A DNA stretch of 64,000 bases from an uncultured bacterium. GTDB lineage: Bacteria; Bacillota_I; Bacilli_A; RFN20; CAG-826. The translations under genes and the position numbers were made by a program. The DNA lies in contig CASFZN010000020.1 in assembly GCA_949299195.1 (NCBI GenBank), positions 48,903-112,902 on the forward strand, given 5' to 3'. The notes beneath the pieces were generated by a model that saw nothing but the letters and a program-made list of their open reading frames with translations, made no database searches and was not told the DNA's origin. This document shows, piece after piece, positions 38,272 through 48,155 of the stretch (within the stretch, counting starts at the first letter, position 1; each line of letters begins with the position of its first letter).

Positions 38272-38969
38272 AAGAACATTATAAAGAAATCTTATTAATG
38301 ATCGGATTTTCTATCCTTTTATTAATAATTGATCAAGCTACTAAATGGATTGCCTATAACTCTTTAGGACCTATTAGAACAATTGAAGGAAATGGAAATA
38401 CTCTCCCTCATCAAGTCGGAACTTCTATAGAAATTATTCCAGGCTTATTAAACTTTACTCTTGTTACTAATAATGGTGCTGCTTTTGGAATGGGTAGTGA
38501 TACTGAGTGGATGAGAGGAATATTTATTCTTATTTCTTGGTTAGTATTTATCCTTGTTCCATTCTATTTATATTATTATTACGTTAAATACAAAAAGAAT
38601 GTAAAAGTAATCTATATGATTATTGGTATCCTTATTTATGGCGGTAACTTAGGTAATTTAATTGATAGAACATTCTATTGGGATAATCCATGTGGGGTTA
38701 TTGATTTTATTGATATTTCTCCTCTTATCCCAGGTTTTGGAATCTTTAATTTAGCAGATGCATTCGTAGTAATTGGAGTATTCATCTTCTTAATTGTAAT
38801 GATTATTGAACTTTTTAAAGGGGATGAAAATTCTAAAGAAAAAGAAGAGGTTAATAAAATAAAGAGTGATGCTAATACTAATAATAGTGAAGTAATTGAA
38901 ACTAAAGAAGTAGTTGATAATGATGTTTCTATAGATAATGAAGAAAATAAAGAAGTTAAAACTAATTAA
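38229..38969 (+). CDS. lspA: Lipoprotein signal peptidase II
   Basis: DQATK, NNGAAFG, GGNLGNLIDR, VIDFI and FNLADAF motifs. Confidence 0.93.
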   Translation: MFKMFKGIKVKEILKEHYKEILLMIGFSILLLIIDQATKWIAYNSLGPIRTIEGNGNTLPHQVGTSIEIIPGLLNFTLVTNNGAAFGMGSDTEWMRGIFILISWLVFILVPFYLYYYYVKYKKNVKVIYMIIGILIYGGNLGNLIDRTFYWDNPCGVIDFIDISPLIPGFGIFNLADAFVVIGVFIFLIVMIIELFKGDENSKEKEEVNKIKSDANTNNSEVIETKEVVDNDVSIDNEENKEVKTN

Positions 38970-39092
38970 TGAATAAATAAGTGTTTTATATAAAATAGTA
39001 GGAAAGAATCTTAAGAATTTAATTGATTATTTCCTACTATTTTTAAATAAATTTGATTATTATTAATATTGTAAATAAATGAATAAATAAAT

Positions 39093-40031
39093 ATGGATGA
39101 AATAAAAAAGATTGTAATAAATGAAAATATTAATACTTTAAGAATTGATAAAGCGTTAGCTTTATTAAACGAAAACTATTCTCGAGAATATTTTTCATTT
39201 TTAATTAAGCATGAAGGAATATTAATAAATAAGAAGTTAATAAAACAACCTTCATATAAGGTTAAAACAAACGATGTTATTGAATATAAACTTACTAATA
39301 ATAAATTAAGTAATGGGGATTATACTAAACTTATAGAACTAACTCCTTATAACTTTAATCTTGATATTATATATGAAGATAATGACTTATTAATTATTAA
39401 TAAACCTAAAGGATTGGTAGTACATCCTGGTAGTGGTCATATAGATGATACTTTAGTTAATGCTCTTATATATCATAATATCCATTTATCCAAGATAAAT
39501 GGATTATATAGAGTGGGAATAATACATCGAATTGATAAAGATACTTCTGGATTACTTTTAATTGCAAAAAATGATCATATTCATAATTTACTAGGTGAAT
39601 TAATTAAAAAACATGAAGTAAAAAGAAGATATATTGCTTTAGTTGATGGAGTAATTAGTGAAGAATATGGAAAAATTGTTGGGAAAATAGGAAGAGATAA
39701 AAATAATAGGATGAAAATGAAGATTGATAATATAAATGGAAAAGAAGCAGTTACTCACTTTAAAGTATTAGAAAGATTTAAAAAACATACTCTTATTGAA
39801 TGCGAACTCGAAACTGGAAGAACCCATCAAATTAGAGTTCATATGTCTTCAATTAATCATTCTGTTACTGGAGATAAGGTTTATGGAGGAAGCACCGATT
39901 TATATGATAATGGTCAATTACTTCATGCTTATAATTTATATTTTATTCATCCTTTAACAAAAAAAGAGGTAAATGTTAAATGCGATTTACCTCAATACTT
40001 TATAGATGTCTTAAATAAATTAAAATCTTAA
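39093..40031 (+). CDS. rluD: RluA/RluD family pseudouridine synthase
   Basis: S4-like N-terminus; NKPKGLVVHP, HRIDKDTSG and ETGRTHQIRVH motifs; follows lspA. Confidence 0.88.
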   Translation: MDEIKKIVINENINTLRIDKALALLNENYSREYFSFLIKHEGILINKKLIKQPSYKVKTNDVIEYKLTNNKLSNGDYTKLIELTPYNFNLDIIYEDNDLLIINKPKGLVVHPGSGHIDDTLVNALIYHNIHLSKINGLYRVGIIHRIDKDTSGLLLIAKNDHIHNLLGELIKKHEVKRRYIALVDGVISEEYGKIVGKIGRDKNNRMKMKIDNINGKEAVTHFKVLERFKKHTLIECELETGRTHQIRVHMSSINHSVTGDKVYGGSTDLYDNGQLLHAYNLYFIHPLTKKEVNVKCDLPQYFIDVLNKLKS

Positions 40032-40033
40032 TA

Positions 40034-40077
40034 TTAGTAGAAAACTAGTAGTTTTCTAGTAATTATTTAGTATTATA
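40034..40077. repeat. 11-bp phased array (YTAGTARTTTT family, x4)
   Basis: Units at 40034, 40045 (exact CTAGTAGTTTT), 40056 and 40067. Confidence 0.6.
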
Positions 40078-40078
40078 A

Positions 40079-41005
40079 TTAAAATAATTTTTCTTCTTCA
40101 GCAGTAACTTCTTTATAGTTTTTGAAGGAGTGTTTTGAGATTTTATTAAATTCTTCAATTCCAAATTTATGAATGAAGGCTCTAGAGAAAATATTTACCT
40201 TTTCTCCAGCTCCTAAAGGAACACTAACATTATATTTTTTATTAATTTCTTCAATTTCTTTTAAAAATAAGTATCTAGCAATACAGCTAGCTAGGGCAAT
40301 AGAAGGAAAATAAGTTTCCCCCTTTTCTTTAAAAACAATATCTTTTTGAATTAATCTAACATCTTTTAAATATTCATAATATTTAGTAGGTTCACAAAAT
40401 TGATCAACATAAACATTATTAACATAAGGAACACGAGAATGAAGTTTAAGTAATACAAAATTATGTAATATTGCCTTCATTTGATTTAAATTAAAGCCTT
40501 TAGAATGGGCATTATTATATTTTTCCATCTTTAAAACTTTATATTCATAGTAAACCTTATTAATGATTAAAGGGATTATTTGTAAGATTTTTTTATCTGT
40601 TAATTTCTTAGAATCATGAATATCAAATTCTTCAATAAGTTTCATGGTTTCATTATCAACATAGGCTGCACAAACAACTACCGGTCCTAAAAAGTCTCCA
40701 GTTCCTACTTCATCACTTCCAATTTGAGAATTAACATCAATAAAAAATGGAGATTCTTTAATAATCTTTTGTTTTTTAGGGAAAGATAATGGTTCATCAC
40801 TATATTTAAGGGCTAAAGTAAGAGGATCTAATCCTTGAATAGTAACCTTATAAACATTCTTCTTTTTATTATCATAAGCAGTAATAATATAGTCGCTTGT
40901 TTTAGCAACAAAAATGATATAACCAATATTTTCTTCAATTATAAAATTAGAAAAATCTTTTCTAATTTTATCTAATACATTTTTATCAACCTTTATTGTT
41001 ACCAT
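40079..41005 (-). CDS. rnhC: Ribonuclease HIII
   Basis: N-terminal TBP-like domain; GSDEVGTGDFLGP, DSKKL, VDQF and IALASCIAR motifs; ATG 41005 is 7 nt after TGCTATAAT. Confidence 0.92.
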   Translation of the reverse strand: MVTIKVDKNVLDKIRKDFSNFIIEENIGYIIFVAKTSDYIITAYDNKKKNVYKVTIQGLDPLTLALKYSDEPLSFPKKQKIIKESPFFIDVNSQIGSDEVGTGDFLGPVVVCAAYVDNETMKLIEEFDIHDSKKLTDKKILQIIPLIINKVYYEYKVLKMEKYNNAHSKGFNLNQMKAILHNFVLLKLHSRVPYVNNVYVDQFCEPTKYYEYLKDVRLIQKDIVFKEKGETYFPSIALASCIARYLFLKEIEEINKKYNVSVPLGAGEKVNIFSRAFIHKFGIEEFNKISKHSFKNYKEVTAEEEKLF

Positions 41006-41094
41006 TGACAAAATTATAGCATAATCTTCAAAAATTATCTTGTTTAAATTTTCTTATCTCCTTTCGTTTTTTACTATTTATAGAATAAAAAATG

Positions 41095-41141
41095 AAAGAC
41101 TAGTATTAACCAAAATGTTTAATTTGTTAATACTAGTCTTT
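41095..41141. terminator. Perfect 16-bp inverted repeat (hairpin)
   Basis: AAAGACTAGTATTAAC / GTTAATACTAGTCTTT with a 15-nt loop. Confidence 0.6.
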
Positions 41142-41148
41142 TCTTTAG

Positions 41149-41385
41149 TTAATTAAATAATTTAATACTTAAAATATTTTTATAGATCAGTAAGTGGATT
41201 AATGGAAGAACAAAATCTTTAAAAAAGATATAATCACTATTAATAATCTCATATTCAAAATAAGTATTTGCAAAAAAATACAAAACTATCTTTTTTTTAC
41301 TAAAATCTAAAGAATCTTCTTTTAGTTTATATAATGTTATATATAAAGAACTTTCATTTTTTTCAATAAGAGTAGTATCTATTAT
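41149..41385 (-). CDS. Candidate 78-codon reading frame with no canonical start (small gene or remnant)
   Basis: Stop-free frame IIDTTLIEKNESSLYITLYKLKEDSLDFSKKKIVLYFFANTYFEYEIINSDYIFFKDFVLPLIHLLIYKNILSIKLFN*, ending just before the 16-bp hairpin. Confidence 0.3.
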   Translation of the reverse strand: MIDTTLIEKNESSLYITLYKLKEDSLDFSKKKIVLYFFANTYFEYEIINSDYIFFKDFVLPLIHLLIYKNILSIKLFN

Positions 41386-41464
41386 TTATTTTTATTAAAA
41401 TATTTTAGATAAATAGATATATGTATCTATATATTTATTTATAAATATATTTATTAAATTAGTT

Positions 41465-43771
41465 ATGAAAAAGAGTTTTGAATCATTAGAAATAAATAAG
41501 GTAATAGAAAAAATAAGAGTCTTTATTAAAACTAGTAGTGGATTAAAAAGAATATCTAATCTTACTCTTTCTAATGAAAGGAAATATATTAATAGAGAAT
41601 ATAGAAAGTTAGATGAATATCTAACTTTAATAAATCATTATAATGATTTACCTCTATATTCTAAAATAAATATCAAAGAAGAGATTAATCTCCTTAAAGA
41701 AGGAAGATTAATGGATGAATATAAACTTAATCTATTAAAGGACGAAATAATCACTTCTATAGATTTAAATAAATATTTCTCTAAGGTAAAAAAAGAAGAA
41801 ATAAATATTAATGAAATTAAAGAGTTATTCACATCTATTAAACCTAATTTAAATCTATATAGTAAGATTATTTCATCTATTTCTACTGATAATAGGGTAT
41901 TAGATAGTGCATCTAGTGAACTTAGTAGAATAAGAAAAGAAATAAATAATATTGATAAAAGAATCCATTCCTTAATGAATAAATATTTAAGTGATTATAA
42001 AGATAAGCTTAATGGTGATAATTATGTTATTAGAAATGGTCACTTAGTTTTACCAATTAACACTAATTTAAAAAATCAAATTAATGGAGTAATTCATGAT
42101 ATTTCTGATAGTGGCTCTACCACCTTTATCGAACCATATGAAATCGCTTCTTTAGAAAATGAAAAAAACATTTTATCTTTAAAAGAAAGAGATGAAATAA
42201 CTAAAATTTTAGAATCATTTAAGCGAGATATTCTTTTTGATGAATATCAATTAACTTTAAATAGTAAATGTATTGGAGAATTAGATTTTTTAAATGCTAA
42301 ATATAAGTATTTAAAGTTAAATAATTTAACTATTCCTTCTATTAATGAAAAACCTTCATTTTATTTTAAAAAGGCTAAACACCCTTTATTAGATAAAAAT
42401 GTTGTTGTTCCTAATGACTTTATTTTAGGAGAAGAGATAAATAATAAATCTTTAATTTTAATAAGCGGACCTAATGCAGGAGGAAAAACTATCGCTTTAA
42501 AAACAATTGCTAGTTTATGTTATTTAACTAAACTTGGACTTCCTTTAAATGTCGAAGAAGGCAGCAGTTCCTATGTTTTTAATAATATTTATGTTGATAT
42601 TGGTGATAATCAATCAATCGAAAATAATTTATCTACCTTTTCTTCTCAAGTTTCTAATATTTCATATATTTTAAAAAATGTTACCAGCAAAGATTTAGTA
42701 GTTTTTGATGAACTTTGTAATGGTACCGATCCTAAAGAAGGAGAAGCACTAGCTATTGCAATCACTAAATATTTATTATCAAAAAAATGTTTAAGTGCGA
42801 TTTCATCTCACTATCCTTTACTTAAAAAGTTTGGCATCGCTAATGAAAAAATTCTTTCAGCTTCTTTTGTTTTTGATGAAAAAAGAATTCGTCCAACATT
42901 TAAAATGTTGCTTGGAGTAAGTGGTAAATCTTTTGGTTTTTCAATTGCTAATAAGTTTGGAATTGAAGAAACTATTGTAAATGATGCTAAAAAGATTTAT
43001 GAAGAAAACTATTTAAGTGATGAAGACCGTAAAATTGAGGTATTAGAAGAAAAAGAAAGAGAACTTTCTTATAAAGAAGAAAGATTAAAAAACTATGAGA
43101 AGTCATTACAAAAAGAACAATCTAATATCGATAAAGAAAAGAATAAAATTAAGATTAGAACCGAAAAATTAAATCAAAACAAAAGCGAAGAATTTGATCG
43201 CTATTTAGATGAAAAATATCGTGAGATTAATAATATTTATAAAGAGTTTTTAGAAAATAAAAATGCTAAAAAAGCTTTAGAAAAAATGGCTAAAATCAAT
43301 ATTGAAGAAAGTGGAAGTGAAGAGATTTTTGTTGGAGATTATGTAGTTATTAAATCACTTGATACTAAGGGTGAAGTTAGTGCTATTAAGGGCAATAAAT
43401 ATACGGTAATTACTAGTGAAGGCTTTACAGTTAATACCAGTTTTGATTCTTTAAAAAAGATTCCTAAACCTCAAAAAGTATTAAAATCAGAAAAGAATCT
43501 AGATGAAGCAATATTAAATAAAAAAAGCGCTCCTTCAAGCATAAATCTTCTTGGATATCGCGCTTTTGAAGGCGTTGAAGCGATGGAAAATTATATTAGT
43601 GAAGCTGTGGTTTCTGGAAGAAATGAAATTAGAGTAATTCATGGCTTTGGTACTGGAAGACTAAAAGAAGCTTTATGGGAAGCTTTAAAAAAGAATAAAA
43701 ATGTTGCATCTTTTAAACTTGGAGATGAAACTAATGGAGGAAATGGTTCTACAATCATTAAATTAAAATAA
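41465..43771 (+). CDS. mutS2: Endonuclease MutS2 (Smr domain)
   Basis: AKHPLL, SGPNAGGKT, NLSTFSSQ, DELCNGTDPKEG and a C-terminal Smr domain (VIHGFGTGRL). Confidence 0.92.
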   Translation: MKKSFESLEINKVIEKIRVFIKTSSGLKRISNLTLSNERKYINREYRKLDEYLTLINHYNDLPLYSKINIKEEINLLKEGRLMDEYKLNLLKDEIITSIDLNKYFSKVKKEEININEIKELFTSIKPNLNLYSKIISSISTDNRVLDSASSELSRIRKEINNIDKRIHSLMNKYLSDYKDKLNGDNYVIRNGHLVLPINTNLKNQINGVIHDISDSGSTTFIEPYEIASLENEKNILSLKERDEITKILESFKRDILFDEYQLTLNSKCIGELDFLNAKYKYLKLNNLTIPSINEKPSFYFKKAKHPLLDKNVVVPNDFILGEEINNKSLILISGPNAGGKTIALKTIASLCYLTKLGLPLNVEEGSSSYVFNNIYVDIGDNQSIENNLSTFSSQVSNISYILKNVTSKDLVVFDELCNGTDPKEGEALAIAITKYLLSKKCLSAISSHYPLLKKFGIANEKILSASFVFDEKRIRPTFKMLLGVSGKSFGFSIANKFGIEETIVNDAKKIYEENYLSDEDRKIEVLEEKERELSYKEERLKNYEKSLQKEQSNIDKEKNKIKIRTEKLNQNKSEEFDRYLDEKYREINNIYKEFLENKNAKKALEKMAKINIEESGSEEIFVGDYVVIKSLDTKGEVSAIKGNKYTVITSEGFTVNTSFDSLKKIPKPQKVLKSEKNLDEAILNKKSAPSSINLLGYRAFEGVEAMENYISEAVVSGRNEIRVIHGFGTGRLKEALWEALKKNKNVASFKLGDETNGGNGSTIIKLK

Positions 43772-43808
43772 TTTTTTAAAAATAAATTATAATTTTTAAT
43801 ATATAAAT

Positions 43809-45566
43809 ATGAATGAAATAATTAAAAAAGAAATAGAACTACTTAAAGATAATCCTGGATGTTATTTAATGTATAACGATAAAAATGAGATTATCTATAT
43901 AGGAAAAGCAAAAAACTTAAAAAAGAGAGTTTCTCAATATTTTTTAAGAGTTCAAAATGGGAAAACTGCGGCTATGGTTTCTCATGTAGATCATTTTGAA
44001 ACCATTATTACAAGCAGTGAAAAAGAAGCCTTAATTTTAGAGATGAATTTAATTCAAAAACATCATCCTAGATATAATATTTTGTTAATGGATGATAAAC
44101 ATTATCCTTATATTGAACTTCATTCATCAATAAAAGATCCCTATATTTCAATTGCTCGAAACTTAAAAAATAAAAAAAGCCAATATTTTGGCCCTTATCC
44201 TTCAAGTAATAGCGCTTATGAAGTAATTAATACTATTAATTCAATCTACCCTTTAAGAAAATGTAAAAATATCCCTAAATCTCCTTGTTTATATTACCAT
44301 ATGCATAACTGTTTAGGACCTTGTATTAATAAAATAGATAATAGTGAATATCAAAAAATAATCGATAATATCGTATCTTTTTTAAAAGGAAATAATGAAG
44401 AAGTTATTAAAGAACTTAAAAATAAGATTAATGAATATAGTTTAAATCTAGATTATGAAAACGCGCTTGAATATAAGAAAAAACTAGATTCAATTCTTTA
44501 TATAAATGAAAAACAAACAGTAGAATTCTTAGATAAAATAGACCGCGATTTTATCGGTTTTTATAATAATGAAAACTATACTTCAATAACAATTCTTATA
44601 TATAGAAAAGGATTATTAATTGGTAGAAAAAATTTCTTTTTTGAAATAGTAGGAGACTTAAGTGAATTTATTTCTTCAATCCTTTTCCAATACTATCAAT
44701 CAAACATGGTTCCTAAAGAGATTTATGTTGCTAATAATGAAGTAAAACAAGTACTAGAAAACTACTGGAAAACTACTATTAAACTACCAAAACAAGGAAA
44801 AATGCTTAATATTGTAGCTACTGCAATTGAAAATGCTAAAGAAAGTTTTTCTACTAATTTGCAGCTTTCTACTTTAAAAAAATCTAACCTTGAACTATTA
44901 GAAAAGTTAGGTAAATTATTAAATATTGATACTCCTTTATATATTGAATTGTTTGATAATTCCCATTTACAAGGCACTAACGCAATAGGAGCAATGGTTG
45001 CTTTTATTAATGGGGAAGAAGTAAAGAAAATGAATAGAAAATTCAATATTGAATCCTATAATAAAAAAGATGATCTTTCTTCAATGAAAGAAGTAATTCA
45101 TAGAAGATATTCTCGAGTTAAAAAAGAAAATCAAAGACTACCAGATTTAATTATAGTTGATGGAGGAATCAATCAAATTAAGGTAACTAAAGAAGTAATA
45201 AAAGAATTAGAACTTAATATTAATATTGTAGGTTTAGTAAAAAACGATAAACACCAAACTCGTGGCTTAATGGATCAAAATTATAATGAAATTGATATAA
45301 ATGATAATGAATTATTTATCTTCCTTTCTAAAATGCAAGATGTGGTCCATAGATATGCTATTTCAACTCATATAAGAAAAAGAAATAAATCGATGTTTAA
45401 TTCAATATTTGATGATATTGAAGGAATTGGAATAAAAAGAAAAGAAATGTTAATAAAAAAATATCCTACTTTATTAGACTTAAAGAAGGTAGAGTTAGAA
45501 GAATTAAAACAATATCTTCCTAGCAAAGTTGCAAATAATCTATATAATAAATTAAAGGAGCTCTAA
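43809..45566 (+). CDS. uvrC: Excinuclease ABC subunit C
   Basis: GIY-YIG domain (PGCYLM..IYIGKAKNL), IELFDNSH, IVDGG and a C-terminal HhH (IEGIGIKR). Confidence 0.95.
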   Translation: MNEIIKKEIELLKDNPGCYLMYNDKNEIIYIGKAKNLKKRVSQYFLRVQNGKTAAMVSHVDHFETIITSSEKEALILEMNLIQKHHPRYNILLMDDKHYPYIELHSSIKDPYISIARNLKNKKSQYFGPYPSSNSAYEVINTINSIYPLRKCKNIPKSPCLYYHMHNCLGPCINKIDNSEYQKIIDNIVSFLKGNNEEVIKELKNKINEYSLNLDYENALEYKKKLDSILYINEKQTVEFLDKIDRDFIGFYNNENYTSITILIYRKGLLIGRKNFFFEIVGDLSEFISSILFQYYQSNMVPKEIYVANNEVKQVLENYWKTTIKLPKQGKMLNIVATAIENAKESFSTNLQLSTLKKSNLELLEKLGKLLNIDTPLYIELFDNSHLQGTNAIGAMVAFINGEEVKKMNRKFNIESYNKKDDLSSMKEVIHRRYSRVKKENQRLPDLIIVDGGINQIKVTKEVIKELELNINIVGLVKNDKHQTRGLMDQNYNEIDINDNELFIFLSKMQDVVHRYAISTHIRKRNKSMFNSIFDDIEGIGIKRKEMLIKKYPTLLDLKKVELEELKQYLPSKVANNLYNKLKEL

Positions 45567-45607
45567 ATTAATTAATATTATCTATTAATTAATTATTTAT
45601 TTAAATT

Positions 45608-46531
45608 ATGAAAGAATCATTAAATAAACTTTATAATAATGGAGAGTTTGAAAGAATTATTGAAGAATATAAAGATACTTCGATATATGAAGAAATGATT
45701 TATGTCATTTCTTCATATATCTCTATTGATAAAATAGGGGAAGCCTATAGTTACTATAAAGAAAGATGTGAATTTTTAGAAACTAATGATTTTATCTCTA
45801 GTGTCAATGTCTTATTTTTAATTTTAGCCTTACTTGATAAAGACTATTTAGTTGAAAAAGAATTTGAACGATTAAGAAATGAGCCATATCGAAACTATGG
45901 AGTTGAATTATATTTAAAAGATTTAGAAAAAAACTATCAAGCTGTTAAAGCTACCACCATGGATTCAAGTGAACAAACTATTAATTTTATGGATGAATTA
46001 AATAGTGGTAACTATGAAAGAATAATTAATGCAATTAACTATTTAAAAGAAAACTATTCTAAGAATTTTAATACTTTCGCGCCTCTATTTTATGAATGCT
46101 ATCAAAATAGAGAAGAATTCGATAGTATTAAGAATTTATTCTTAAAATTATTAATTGAAACTGGGTATGATGTTAATTTAACTTTTGTTAAAAACGGCAA
46201 GTTTTATATGGTCAATCCAAGTGAATTAAAAGAAGAATATGATTCCCTTTTATATCACTTACTTGATTTATTTAATATCGTAAGAAGAAACGAAAAACAC
46301 GTTGGTTTTATTAAATATATTGAAGGTTTTGTAATCGATTATATTAGTTATAATCTTCCTGATTTTCCTGAATATAGCGAAGTCAATACCATCGTATATA
46401 TGGTCATTTTAAATATTTATAAGATCCATGGAGTTAGTATTAACGAATGTAGTTATTTAAAAGAAATTGTTTTTGATGAAACTTTTATAAAAAATATTGA
46501 AATTACCCTTAATAAAATGATGGGTTTATGA
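45608..46531 (+). CDS. Hypothetical helical protein
   Basis: 307-codon ORF with genome-typical usage; no motif recognised; the only main gene here ending in TGA. Confidence 0.7.
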   Translation: MKESLNKLYNNGEFERIIEEYKDTSIYEEMIYVISSYISIDKIGEAYSYYKERCEFLETNDFISSVNVLFLILALLDKDYLVEKEFERLRNEPYRNYGVELYLKDLEKNYQAVKATTMDSSEQTINFMDELNSGNYERIINAINYLKENYSKNFNTFAPLFYECYQNREEFDSIKNLFLKLLIETGYDVNLTFVKNGKFYMVNPSELKEEYDSLLYHLLDLFNIVRRNEKHVGFIKYIEGFVIDYISYNLPDFPEYSEVNTIVYMVILNIYKIHGVSINECSYLKEIVFDETFIKNIEITLNKMMGL

Positions 46532-46642
46532 TAATATTATTTAGCGCACTTTTTAAGTGCATTTTTCTATCGTGGAAAAATTATTTTGTTGTATAATTTT
46601 AATCGGAAAAATTTAAAAAGAAATTAAAGGAGTAAAAGAATC

Positions 46643-48049
46643 ATGGCAATAGAAGCTAAAAAGACTGGTAATTGCGAATATGAGGTCAAGTACGTATTAA
46701 AAGATCAAGAATTAGTTGATGCTAGAGAAAAAGCTTTAAAAGAATTAGCAAAAAACATTTCAATCAAAGGATTTAGAAAAGGTAATGCACCTTTAAATCT
46801 TGTTAGAGAAAGAGTAAATCCAAGCGATTTATTAAATAGAACAATCAACGTTTCTATTAATCCAATCTTAAGAAAAATCTTAGCTGAAACCAAATTAAGA
46901 CCAGCAATGACTAGTGATGTTAGAGTTGATAATGTAACCGATGAAGGAATTGAATTAACCTATACAATCGTTACTGAACCAACAGTTACTTTAGGTAAAT
47001 ATAAAGATATTAAGATTAAAAAAGAAGCTGTCAAAGTAACCAAAGAAGATGTCGAAGAAGCAATTGAAAAAGAATTAAAAGATAATGCTGATTTAGTTTT
47101 AAAAGAAACTCCAGCAGAAATGGGTGATACCCTTGTTTTTGATTTTAAAGGTTATATTGATGGAAAAGAATTTGAAGGTGGAAGCGCTGAAAATTATTCC
47201 CTCGTTTTGGGAAGTAATCAATTTATTCCTGGATTTGAAGATCAATTAGTTGGTGCAACTAGTGATAGTAAGGTTGATGTTATCGTTACTTTCCCAGAAC
47301 AATACATTAAATCCTTAGCTGGAAAAGAAGCTAAATTCGTCTGTATGGTTCATGAAGTTAAAGGTCCTTCAACTCCAACACTCGACGATGAATTCGTTAA
47401 AGGTTTAGGAATTGAAAACGTCAACACCGTTGAAGAATATAAAAAACATAAAGAAGCTGATTTACTCGCTAAAAAAGAAAGAGAAGCAAATAATGTTCAA
47501 TTCAACACTTTAGTTGAAACTGTCATTAATAACGCTACTTTAGAAGTTAGTGATAAATTATTAGAACAAGAAGCTAATGCTATAAAAGAAGAAAATATTA
47601 GAAGAATTACTCAAAACGGCTTAACTTTTGAACAATATAAAGAAGTTACTGGAATTGATGATGAAGAATTCCATAAACAAGCAAAAGAAGTCGCGCTCAA
47701 CGATTTAAAAAGAGTAACCGTCTTCAATGAAATTGCTAAAGAAGAAAAATTAACAGTTACTAGAAACGATTTAGATAACTACTATCAAAACGTTGCTAAT
47801 ACCTATGGCATGAAAGTTGAAGAGGTTAAAAAAGCACTCGCAAGCAATGAATCTAACATTGTTAGAAATCTTATCGATGGAAAAATTCAAAATTTCTTAT
47901 ACACCAATAACATTGCAGATAAAAAAGAAGTAAAAGAGGCTGAAAAAGTAGAAGAAGCAAAAGAAGAAACTGAAGAAACTAAAAAAGCTTCAACTAAAAA
48001 ATCAACAAGCAAGAAATCAAGCAAAAAAGTAGAAGAAAAGGGTGAATAA
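46643..48049 (+). CDS. tig: Trigger factor
   Basis: IKGFRKGNAP ribosome-binding motif; FKBP domain FEGGSAENYSLVLGSNQFIPGFE. Confidence 0.96.
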   Translation: MAIEAKKTGNCEYEVKYVLKDQELVDAREKALKELAKNISIKGFRKGNAPLNLVRERVNPSDLLNRTINVSINPILRKILAETKLRPAMTSDVRVDNVTDEGIELTYTIVTEPTVTLGKYKDIKIKKEAVKVTKEDVEEAIEKELKDNADLVLKETPAEMGDTLVFDFKGYIDGKEFEGGSAENYSLVLGSNQFIPGFEDQLVGATSDSKVDVIVTFPEQYIKSLAGKEAKFVCMVHEVKGPSTPTLDDEFVKGLGIENVNTVEEYKKHKEADLLAKKEREANNVQFNTLVETVINNATLEVSDKLLEQEANAIKEENIRRITQNGLTFEQYKEVTGIDDEEFHKQAKEVALNDLKRVTVFNEIAKEEKLTVTRNDLDNYYQNVANTYGMKVEEVKKALASNESNIVRNLIDGKIQNFLYTNNIADKKEVKEAEKVEEAKEETEETKKASTKKSTSKKSSKKVEEKGE

Positions 48050-48075
48050 TCGGACTTTCCGATTATTCATTTCTA
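48044..48075 (+). terminator. Terminator after tig
   Basis: GAATAATCGG / CCGATTATTC stem. Confidence 0.6.
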
Positions 48076-48155
48076 TTAAATAAAAGAATTTTTCTTTTTA
48101 GGTAAAAGTAAGTGCTATATAAACTTAGATAAATAAATTATATAGAAGGTGAAAA

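Noticed and set aside
46540-46562. CIRCE element upstream of tig/lon
   Set aside because: TTAGCGCACTTTTTAAGTGC does not match TTAGCACTC-N9-GAGTGCTAA.
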